From the NCBI GenBank assembly GCA_038087875.1, contig CM075989.1, positions 15,810,001 through 15,874,000 of the forward strand: a DNA stretch of 64,000 nucleotides, in the 5' to 3' direction. Within the stretch, counting starts at the first letter, position 1. Every line of letters begins with the position of its first letter. A program made the position numbers and the translations under genes. The notes below the pieces were generated by a model. The model had not been told where the DNA came from. It worked only from the letters and a program-made list of their open reading frames with translations, and made no database searches. The DNA is from Malacoraja senta. Lineage: Eukaryota. Positions 48,601-60,600 of this stretch are shown here, one piece after another.

Positions 48601-51600
48601 CCCATTCTCATGCCCAGTATGTCAGGGTGAGCAAGAGAATGGCACAGTGAGAAGGTATAAATCACAGCCTCAGAAATGATTGTGTAAACACTAGTGGGAA
48701 AACACACGTCAGATTGGAACGGAAATCCAACAGTTATCTGCCAATGGTTTAGGAATGACGAAAACATCATTTTCTGAGCAGATTTAAACATGGGGAGGTC
48801 AAGGAGCTAATGAAGCATTGGGGCAGGAAATTCTCCTGTTAAATTACAACAGAGATATTCTTGAAAATAGCAGTCGAGTTTTGAGAAAATGACTCATTTC
48901 TCAGCACTGATATTGCATTTTATTATCAAAGGCAAGAATTTAAGTTTAGTTCCGTGTTTGAAAATGATGATTTCCAAAAACCTTTTAAATACCCACCCAC
49001 TTGCGAGTTTTTCTTGAACACTGTAATTATTTCAGCTGGACACGGATTATTCAAAGATTTATCTTCGGCCATAATTCAGACGACTCTGACTGCACAGACA
49101 TCTGACCTAGTTTCACGACGCTACTCTTCCAGACTGACGGATTCACTGCATGTGCGTTTTATAAAGTATGGCTGCATCTCCACTCCCACTCACACAAACA
49201 TCATAAACCGGGAAGGCATCTGGGCCCAGACTCTGTCATCATTTATGGCAGTTCTTTAATGTGTTTCCGTCATAGACGCCCTCTTCAGAAAGGCAGAACT
49301 GCCTGATAGGGACCTGCAATTCACTCTGATTAAAGATTCAATCGTGCTGCTTTAATTTTGTCTCAACTCAAGAGGATTTCAAAGAAAAATCCTGTTAAAC
49401 TACTGCTCACTAAATGATTATGTTAAAGAGTAACACTTTTGACTCGGATATGTGTAAGGTGCCATGTATACCAAACTTACAAGGACAAATGTATAAAATC
49501 ATGAGAGGAACAGATCGGGTAGATGTAGGTGAATCGAGGACCAGAGGACATAGGTTTAAGGTGAAGGGGGAAAGATTTTATAGGAATCTAAGGGATAAAA
49601 TTTTCACACCATGGGTGGTGGGTGTATGGAACGAGCTGCTGGAGGAGGTAGTTGAGGCAGGGACGATTGCAACATTTAAGAGGCAATTAGATGTACATGG
49701 ATAGGACCGGTTCAGAGGAATATCGGCCAAACACAGGCAAGTGGGACTAGTGTAGATGGGACATGTTGGTCGGTGTGGGCTAGTTGGACTGAAGGGCCTG
49801 TTTTCACATTGTATGACTCTGACCAATAAAATGGAAAGAAACACATGCAGGCAATTGCTAGAGAGGTGATGTTTGTTGGTCAGCTTATCTCTCATTATAC
49901 ACCTGCACAGAATTGGAGATGATTTGCCCAGCACCTGACCACACCCTCCACCATTGGACTGGTCACTGAGATGGCTGCCAATGGACCACTCATCAGTCCT
50001 ACCATTTCACTGAAGCCACTGTTTGCTTATGCAGTGCCTCATAAACATTTGAATCATTTATGTAAATGTTTTGATTCTTTCTTTTATTTAACTAAATGTA
50101 AATGTTTTAATACAATCACTTCAAATGTTTTAAAATCAGTAGACTTTATGTTAGACTTCAGAGATACCATGCGGAAACAGGCCCTTTGGACCACCGAGCC
50201 CACGCTGGCCAGCAGTCACCCTGTACACTAATCTACACACACTAGGGACAATTTCACTACCTACCAAAGCCAATTAACCCACAAACTTGCACGTCTTAGG
50301 AGTTTGGGAAGGAAACCGGAGCATCTGGAGAAAACCTACGCAGTAGCAGGGAGAATGTACAAACTCCATACAGGCAGCAACTGTAGTCAGGATCAACCCG
50401 TGTCTCTGGCACTGTAAGGCAGAACTCTACCGCTGCGCCACCGTGCCGCTCTCAATTATTTAAAAAGTTTTGTTTCTTAACACATTTGCAATCAAAGGAA
50501 TCATTTTCTCTCTAGAACTTATGCGAGAAAATAATTGGGACGTGGTCTTTGTACATTTGCTAGTTGTTTTAATAAATGGGAATGCAAGTAGTGGTGACCA
50601 CTAAATTGTCAACAATGTGGTATTTTACCTTATAGAAAGATCACAGACGTGGTGTGGGACAACCATTTTGGAAGCTGAGAAGTTTTAAGTGGTTCCAATA
50701 TCCTCTGAAGGTACAAAGCAGTGTGTAATATTGCCTGTGGTTTATAAAGATATTTGATTTCCCCAATGCATGTAAGCCTAGAACTTCATGTGCCCCCAAC
50801 TAGGGTACAGGGAGGTGTTATTTGGGTGGGACAACAGCTCCTTTGTTCACTGTCATAGTGACTGAGGTCGGAGGCTTTGGTTCTGAAACATGCACCGGCC
50901 ACTACTCTTCCCCCGAGCACAGGTGTGGGAACACCAGCCTGACCCCAGGGGGCAACTCTACAGTCTAGAGTTGCTGCCATACAGAGCAAGACACTGGCAT
51001 CCGATCCTGACTATAGGTGCTTTCAATATGTAGTTTGTATGTTCTCCCAGTGACCGCGTGGGTTTTCTCCGGGTACACCGGTTTCCTCCCACATTCCAGA
51101 GATGTGTAGGTTTGTAGGTTAATTGGCTTCAGTTAAGATTGTAAATCGTCCCTAGTGTGTAGGATAGAGCTAGTACATGGGTTGATCGCTGGTGGGCCGA
51201 AGGGCCTGTTTCCACGCTCTATCTCTAATGTTTAAAGTCTAAAGTGTCCATGTGCTCAGCTCTTCAGTCACCACTGACACCCTCATCAGGGTGAACTTGT
51301 GTGGGGAACAAGATGGAAAAGAAAAAGCATAGTTGCTTGGAACTTTCTCAAGGAGTGGTTTATTACTGAAGCTCTGCCCTTTGATTTTTAGACAGAAGTT
51401 CCCTCTCTGACAGTAATCAGTACTGGACAGGCAGCACAGTGGCTCACGTGCTAAAGCCACTGCCTCGCAGCACCAGAGACGCAGGTTTCATCCTGACCTC
51501 AGGTGATGTCTGTGTGGAGTTTGCATGTTCCTGTTTCCCCCAGGTGCCTCAGTTTCCTCCCACATCCAGTTGTAGGTTAATTGATTTCTGTAAATTGCCA

Positions 51601-54600
51601 CTAGTGCATGGGGAGTGGATACGAAAGTGGGATAACATAGAATTAGTTAAATGGTTGGCATGGACTTAGTGGGCTGAAGGGCCTGTTTCCATGATGTATC
51701 TCTAAACTAAATAAATTGAGACACTGCAGATGCTAGTTTACAAAAAAAGACACAAAGTGCTGGAGTAACTCAGTGGGTCAGGCAGCATCTCAGGAGAACA
51801 TAGATAAATAAAATGAGTTTGCACAGATTTAAAATGTTCCTGTGGCATAGAATTCAAAGCACAAAAACTGTAGTTGACAAAGTGAGTTGGACCATTGTTA
51901 CCTACACAGGTGCAGAGAGGCTGATCTGAACTCAAGGTTAAATTATATTAGGTATCTACTCTTGTTATATACAGTAATTGAAGCAAATAAACCCAACATT
52001 TTGGTTACATTTTGGTCACCATGTTATAGGAAAGATGTTGTCAAGCTGAAAATGATGCAGAGAAGATTTACGAGAATGTTGCCAGAACTCGAGGGCCTGA
52101 GATATAGGGATAGGTTGAGCAGGCTTGGAGTGCACGAAAATGAGGAGTGAACTTATAGAGGTGTGCAAAATCATGGGAGGAATAGATCGGGTAAACGCAT
52201 ATAATCTTTTGCCCAGAGTAGGGGAATCGAGAACCAGAGGACATCGGTTGAAGATGAGGGGGGAAAGATTTAATAGGAACCTGAGGGTTAAAGTTTTTAC
52301 ACAAAGGGTGGTGGGTGTACGGAACGATCTCCCAGAGGAGATAGTTGAAGTAGGTACTATTGCAACGTTTAAGAAACATTCAGACCAGGTACATGGATTG
52401 GGTAGGTTTAGAAGGATATGGGACAAACACAGGCAGGTGGGACTAGTGTAGATGGGGCAAGTGGGTAAGTTGGCCGAAGGGCCTGGTACCAAGCTGTAGG
52501 AATCCATGACTCTATGACTCTAACATGAATATTAGCACCAGACACTGATTAATTATTTACACCAGGTACCAAGACAATGCAAACTTGTTTTTACTTGGAT
52601 ATAATTATGTACTGCATGTGGTCAGTTCAAAGTTATGCTGCTGGTTTTGACTTGCATTCAAACGAAAAGGAGTATGAATTAATTCTGATTTAGTTTTCAT
52701 TGAAAATGAAGAGAATATGGCAACAGAACTTGCTTTTCCATCTTTTTTTTAAACTTGATACTAAGTTTTATAAAATACCCAGGGGACTAAACATGCGATC
52801 CTACAATTCATATTTGCTACATTAATATAAAACTGTAATAACTTGTATCTAAGTAATCCAAAATCAGTAAAATAGGCAGGTCTAAACTGTAAAGTGCATC
52901 TGCCATTTCTTTGAAAATAGTATGATGTGTAACAGTAAAGGCTCCAAAATTAAGGTTCTTCTGCCAGTTTTCTGTCAATCTGAAGTGATTTCAGATGTTC
53001 AACACAAATGTGGCACACAGAGACTCGGAATGAAATCAAGGACAGAACTGTGCAGTGAAGCCAAGCTCTCTGATTATCCTGTTACTCACATGGTGGAAGA
53101 GAGGCTTCCCTTTCATGTCGCTCGTTGGAAGGTCCCCAAATGCTTCGCAACCAGTGAGGAATTCCTATAGCGACAGCACTGACGTAATGTAGGAGACGCA
53201 GCAACCAACTGGCACACAGCAGGCTCCCACAAACTGCAAAGTGATCATGGCCACAGAGCCTATTTTGATAACATTGATGGGGGAATCACTATTTTCTTGG
53301 TCAACTTGAATGAACGCCCCTGATCTTCTTCAAACAAGTGTCCTGGAAGTTTAATATCAACCTGAGAAAGTAGGTCAGGTCTTTATAGAAACAAGTATGG
53401 AAAATGATATTGAAAATGAATGGCTCTTTAGCGATTAAAGTCCAAGGCTTCTTTTAAAACGTAAAGCATATATTTAATTACGAAAGGTTTTGTTACATAT
53501 ATAAGACGAAGCATTCGAATCAACATGTGATTGCAATAGCAGAGAAAGCCAGAGCTTCACACCTGATGAATAGCGTATTTTTCCTGGTCGTTGATTTTGC
53601 ATCAATCCCCAGTTTTTCCTTTGCCTCACCCTTGTCTCCGTGTATTCTTGCTGCAGCTGAATAATATTCATAGCAGCTTCAAGTAATCAGCTGTGACAGT
53701 GGAGAGAAGAAAGGGTCGTTCCCACTGGGTCCCAGAGAGCATGGCCTTGCTTTGACTGTGATTCATGCTGGTCCCAAGTGTAGATGGACATCGGTCTGCA
53801 AACTACCAATGGGTCTCGGCAACAGTTATTTTATCAGTAACAGCTTTTATCTGAGTGCCTCCACTGCCGAGGATCAGCACACAAACACGGCATTTGGATG
53901 GTAACAGGCAGGAACTCTCAAAGGTTGACTGGGAGAGGTTGTTTGCAGGTAAAGGGATGCCTGGCAAGTGGGAGGCTTCCAGAAGTGAGATAGAATGAGC
54001 TCAGTACCTTCATGTTCCTGTCAGAGCGAAGGTCAAAGGCTGGGAAAGTTCAGAAACTTTGGTTTTCGAGGGTCTTTAAGGGGCTGGTCAAGAAAAAGGA
54101 GGCAGATGTCAGCTGTAGGCAGCTGGGATTAAGCAAGACCCTTGAGGAATATAAGAGATGTAGGCATACACATATGAAGGAAATTAGAAGGGGAAAATGG
54201 GCCCATGAAATATTCCTGGCAGATAGGAAAAAGAAGAGTTCTGAAAGATTCTCCATGTATATTGAGCAAATGGTAGCTAATGAGAGAAGGTTCCTGAGGA
54301 TTAGGGTGTAATCTATGTATGAAGCCTTGGGAGATGAATGAGATGTTAACTATATACTTCATGATAGTATTTAATATGGAGGACATGGAAGTAGTGTATT
54401 CAAGGCAGTGAACAGAGGTATCATAGAGCATATGAATATTATGAAGGAGGCGGTGCTGGAAGACTTGAAATGCATAAAGGTGGATAAATTCTCAAGGTCT
54501 CACCAGGAGTATCTTCGGATGTTATGGGAAACAAGAGAGGAAATTACAGAATTCCTGGAAGAGATTTTTATACATTCATTAGCCACCGACGAGGTACTGG

Positions 54601-57600
54601 AAAACTGGAGATTATCGAATGTTGGGCTTTTATTTAAGGGGGGCAGCAGGGTTAAATCAGTGAGCTACAGGCCGCCAACTGGAAAAGTTATGAGAAGGGA
54701 TTCTGAGGGACAGGATCTACCAGCATTTGGAGAGGCAAGGGCTGATCCAGGATAGTCGCATGGCACTCACAGGGAATCATGTCTCACAAATTTCAGTTGG
54801 GTTTTTGAAGAGGTAACCAAGAGGATTGATGAGGGCAGGATAGTAGACATTGTCTACTGGCAAGGCTCTTGGCAAGATCCCACATAGTAGACTGGTTTGA
54901 AGGATGGAACACATGGGATCCAGCTTGAGTTAGTTATTTGTTACAAAACTGGCTTGGTGGTAGGAAGCAGAGGGTGGTGGTGGAGAATTATTTTTCAGAT
55001 TAGAGCCCTGTGACTAATGGTGTACCACAGATCCTCTTTGGTTTGATGTATATATTAATGATTTGGATGAGGATGTAGGTGGCATAATTAGTAAGTTTGC
55101 AGATTACATGAAAATATAGTGAACAGTGAGGAAATTGTTTAGGGTTACCACAGGATATAGATCAACTAGGAAAGTGGGCAAGGGAAGTGATACATTTTGG
55201 GAAGTTAAACCAGATCATGGCATACATAGTGAATGGCAGAAACCTGTGCAGTGGGTTAGAACAGTGAGACCTTGGAGTACAAGTATATATTAGCAGCAGA
55301 GGAAGACAGGATGGTGATGAATGCATTTGGCATGCTGGCACACGTGCCCTAAACGGCCAAGGCACTGAATGAAAGAGTTGGCACAACATGTTACTGATGT
55401 ATAACACAATGTTTAGGCAGCACTTGGAGTATTGTGTGCATTTCTGGTAATTATACCACAGGAAAGATGTAACTAAGCAGAATAGGTTGCAGAAAAGATT
55501 CACAAACATGTTGCTTGGATTGAATGGCGAGAGTTATAGGGAATTGATTGATATTCATTGATTGAATAAAACTGATTGATTGATTGAAACATAAGTTCGT
55601 TCTGCCTTCCCTGGAGCTTCGAAGGTTCATTGGTGACAAGATAGAGGTACATAAAATGATGAGAAGCTCAGGCAGTTTAAATAGTCAGAGTCCGCTTCCT
55701 GTGCTAAGGGTGTCTAATGCTGGAGGGCGGAAGTGTGAAGTGAGAGGGAGGAGGTATAAAGGAATTCTGAGGGGTAACATTTCACACAAAAGAGTAGTTG
55801 GTATCTGGAATGAGCTGCCAGAGGAAGTGGTGGAAGCTGGAACTGTGGTCACGTTTAAGAACCACCTGGACAGGAACATGAATGAGCAGGTACATAGGGA
55901 TATAGAATTAAAGTAGGCAAGTGGGATTTTTTAAATGGGCATGCTGGTCAACGTAGATGTGGCAGGTCGATGGGCCAATTTCTGTGCTACACAAATTTGG
56001 ATCTAATATACTGAGCTATCTTCTTCCTTAGGGATGCTGATCCCAGCAGAAGAATTGAGTGGAACCTGGATCAGAAGATGATCCTGGAAGATGCCAAGAC
56101 AAAGAGTGAGAATTGCTGGCTCTTTACATCTTGAAGATGCTCCCCCATCTTCCCCTGCGACTGGAGCAGATTCTGCAAGCTTGCAGGAGTTTTGTGCCTC
56201 CTTCTGTCTCACTCCATTCTTGAAGATGAAGGAACTCTTGATATTTGCATCGATACCTTCCACCATAGAGGGGTTTTGTGAACCTCTAACACTCTCTCCT
56301 GGGTTACGATGTTTTTTACTGGTTGCGGTTTTCCATTCTGCTTGCATATCCAATGGCTTTTCACCTTTCCCCATCCCAATGAACAGTTTGGACACAGCAT
56401 TGAGTTTGCTGACATCTCAGCTGGGTCGCCCGGCATAGCAATGTTGCAGTTGGTATCATCGCCCAGAACGAGTGGACGAGACATCGTGTGCACCAAGGAT
56501 TTGCAGGTAAACTGCCATTCTTTGATTTCTTGGAGATGGGGCACAGACTGAGTTGAATATTTTTGTACATTGCATTTATCATGAGGGAGACATCCCCGCC
56601 TCCATCTCTCTGACATTAGAGATCCTGAAGTTGTTTCTCTGCAGCATAACACCCAGATCAGAGGAAGTCACAAAATGCTGGACTAATTCAGCGGGTCAGG
56701 CAGCATCTCTGGGGAACATGGTTAGGTGATGTTTTGCGTCGGGACGTTTCTTCAGACTAAAGAAGGATCCCGCCTGAAATGTCGTTTTGAAGAAGGGCCC
56801 TGACCTGAAACATCACCAATCCATGTTCTCCAGAAATGCTGCCTGATCAACTTAGTTACTTTAGAACTTTGCTTGTCTTTATCAGTAAACCAGCAGCAGC
56901 AGTTCCTTGTATCTACCCAGTTCCGAGGAACAGTTACCGTTGCCTCCTGACCAGACTGATTAACCATGGGGCCATCATTGCCACCATTGTCCATGATTGC
57001 CGAAGTGAAATGTGCCTGACTCCTGGATAAACAGCATGGCGCGGCAATCTAAGTTGCCACACTTACCGACACTGTGCACATTAGTTCAGGCAATCTCTCC
57101 CATTTTTAATATTAAAATACACAGTCTAAAGCCACATCGCAATCAGTTCTTTGTTGCAGGAAGCCCACAGTACATGTGAGCTGCTGCACCTACTCTGCGG
57201 TTTCTAGGCATCTGCTTCAACTGCAATGCAATAGCTCCTGAACCATTCACTGGGAGTGTAACTGTCCGCTAATCACACATCACATTCCATAGATGCAGAT
57301 TTTGACACGTTGCTAAAAGTGCAGACACTTTTTTAAAGTATTAATATATTTTATTATCATTGGGTCATTTTAATTATGGCACCCATCTCAATCCACCAAC
57401 CAGGGCACAACATTTCACACAAGGTTGAATGCATTTTACATGTGCGAAGGCTCGTCGGTCGGCGGGATCAGGAACCCGAAGGTTTGGGAGACAGCATAAC
57501 CGGGAGGGAGCTGGAGAAGTCGGATGCGGGAGCAGGGGCCGGTGGGAGGGTGAAGCGGGGCAATGTTTCCAGTGCCTTCAGCAGGGCTGCAGGATGCATC

Positions 57601-60600
57601 CCCAGGACACATGTGTAATATATGCAACTGAACTTCACTGTGCAGTTGCAAGTGTGACAAATAAAGCACTATTGACTATTGACTATTGACTAACATTAAT
57701 TCAGATGACCCAGATTTATAGACTTGAAGCTTGTAACCATCGTGATATTCCCTTGTCATTTCTACGTCAAATCATCAATAACCTCTGGCATCTGCACTTG
57801 TACAGTTGAATGCAGAAATCCGAGAACCACTGCCAGTGAATCCCTCTGACAGGAAGGGCTGGGATTTGCTCTTCCTGTCAGAGGTCTGAAGGTCTGAAGA
57901 AGGGTTTCGGCCCGAAACGTTGCTATTTCCTTCGCTCCATAGATGCTGCTGCACCCGCTGAGTTTCTCCAGCATTTTTGTGTACCTGGGATTTGCTGTTG
58001 ATCGCACTTCACGGGTGCAATTAACACAGAGCCAGAGGCCTGGCTTCAGGCTTTAACTTTTTTTAATGTGCTGTTCATGAGGCAACATTGTTGAAACTAT
58101 GCAGCACTGCAGAATGAGATGTTATTCAATTCTAGATGTGTTATCATGAATCGTGCTTATCATCTGTTTTTACATTGCTAAAAAATATTTTTAAAGCCTC
58201 TAATCCTCTATTCTACAATAAAAAGATGGGATTATAAAATAGCAAACTCATTTAATATTTTTCTTCTCAAGTTTGTCAATGGCACTTTAATCCTTGAGTA
58301 AAACCAAATCTTTGCTGTTGTTGTCTTAATCAAAGGAAAAGTTGACAATTACCCAGGCATTTTATTGCCTGGACTTTTAACTGCAAGACCCTCGATCTGA
58401 ATGGCTGCTCAGCTATCTGAAGGCTTCAGTGCTCACACAACCCTGGAATGTAACAGGTTGAAAGTCAAGTCAGAGGGGAATCTAAAGCACGAACAGGGCT
58501 ACCTCTTCATTGACATTGCACTTTGAGGTCAGTTGCAACCATTAAACGCCACACAATAGGCTCCGAGCCATCATTTATTTATTTATTTATTGACTTTCAC
58601 TGCAACTATCATTGTCTTTTTTTTATCCATTGCTCTAACTTCAAGCAAAAACAATCAAGAGCTTCAACCTACCGACTGGAATTGTCTTCCCATGAATCTT
58701 GTCGGTCCAACCAGCAAAGTATCTGAGCGTTTTTATGACTCCCTGTAGGTCAACATAATAAGCCTGGAGAAATGGCTTTCCACTATCTAGAGATTCAAGT
58801 GTCTGCAAAGAACATAAAGCAATTCAGCGAGCGAATAAATCAAGCCGCAGACAGAATGTGAGATTACAGCCATGCCTTTCACAATATTAATCACTTGAAG
58901 GTATATAGCAGTCTCTTGCGGACTGTGTACACAACTTTACCCAGTTGGAAATCAGCCACATCATTCACGATTGACAAAGTGATGAGAGTGTTATTGTGAT
59001 TAGGATCGTAAAACTGATTATTCGTATTTCCCAGGGAAGATTTACATTTAGGGGTTTCATTTCCTCTGGTGGGACTCTGGTTAATGTGTTCACAGGACAT
59101 TCTCCAGTACATTAAACCAACGCACAAGGAAACCCTGCCTGAATGCATTACCAGGTTGCTACCAGAGGAAGTGGAGCCTCGCTGGGTGTGTAGCAGGTGT
59201 ATTATTATTTGGAGAATTACCAGGACCATTTATTAAAATAGAGAAATGAGCAGAAAAAGGCAGTTTAAGCTGATATCAGCTCTTCTCTGGAGGAATGGGC
59301 CTCTGGGTGGGGTAGGCAAAGCAAACTCTCTTACATCAGGCAATAAGCAGCTGGATACCATAACGCAAGGGGCCCGGGGAATAGATAAGCTGGTAAGGAC
59401 CATCTGGCCTTCCCAAAGGCATCTGCAGGAATTTAAATCTGACTGCTTAGGAAAGGGTACATAAAATGCATAAACATGTGCCCTTAACATGCGTAATGAT
59501 CACAGTGTTGGGGGGGAGTAGAAAATACTGCCCACTCCACACTACTGGCCCCTCCCTCCTGCACATGCCTATGTGTCTTCCTCATCAGTATGTGTCTTGT
59601 AATTTAAAACTCTGTTTCGAGGAAGATTTGCAGAGAAAGTCTAATTTGGTGCAATATTATCCCCTGAAAAGATTTGCATTTTACATGTTGTTGCGGAAGC
59701 TTCATGTAACATGCATTTGAGTTTCCTCTGTTGTTTTGATGGATGTGTAATGGGCAAACCAAGAGAGGAATGTCCCAAAGTTGTAATATGTATTATTTTG
59801 CCAATAAATGAGTATGTTGTTCCAACCGCCATAAATCTTTTAAAAAAAAATTCCCAATGATATAAAGAAGTGTCTCCCAACATATAACAAGCTCGTTGGT
59901 CAGTTATTGACTTCATTCTGTGGAAATTACTGCATTTCAAAGCTTACACAAGCAGTGTGGGTGGGCAAAAGTAAGTAAGTTTATTGGCCAAGTATTCACA
60001 TACAAGGAATTTGCAAAACGGAGACAACTTAGTAGTGATTTCATAAGATGTATATTCTGTGATATTTAAATATATCTCTTGCCTGTTAACCTACTATGTT
60101 AATCTCTTAGAAATTAGTTTACAATATTTTCCAAAATAATGGTGGTTATTGTGCTTCAGAAAAAGTATTGATAGCCATGATATTAAAATGTGTGAGTCAT
60201 GGTAAATGGGGTGTGCTGATTTCTCATGTTGAAAGGTGAATGGTATTGTTTTTATGAAAGTCATTGATAAGTTAGATCTGTTTCTCTCTCTACAGATTCG
60301 GCCTAATCTATTGAGTATTTTCAACAATATCCGTGTTCAATAGTCGCAGAGAGATAGAGCATGGAAACAGGCCCTTCAGCCCGTTCTGCTAGTCTGCATT
60401 GACCATCAACCACCATTTCACATTAATGCTACATTTTTTATTCTCTCCATATTCTCCTGTGGTTTACAGTGTATGTATGTTCCTGCATTGCTAATCTTGT
60501 CACATCAGTCCCAAATGCAAGATAACAGTATTCATATATTTTATAACCCCTTCAGCTTCAAATTCAGACGGACGTCTGCTCAGTCATTCACTGGTGGAAA

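Noticed and set aside
52619-52636. Possible retinoic-acid response element (TGGTCAGTTCAAAGTTA)
   Set aside because: Half-sites overlap or are imperfect and do not form a proper DR1, DR2 or DR5.
56003-56652. Cluster of 73-147 aa ORFs on both strands
   Set aside because: No recognisable homology or splice support; probably decayed repeat or chance.
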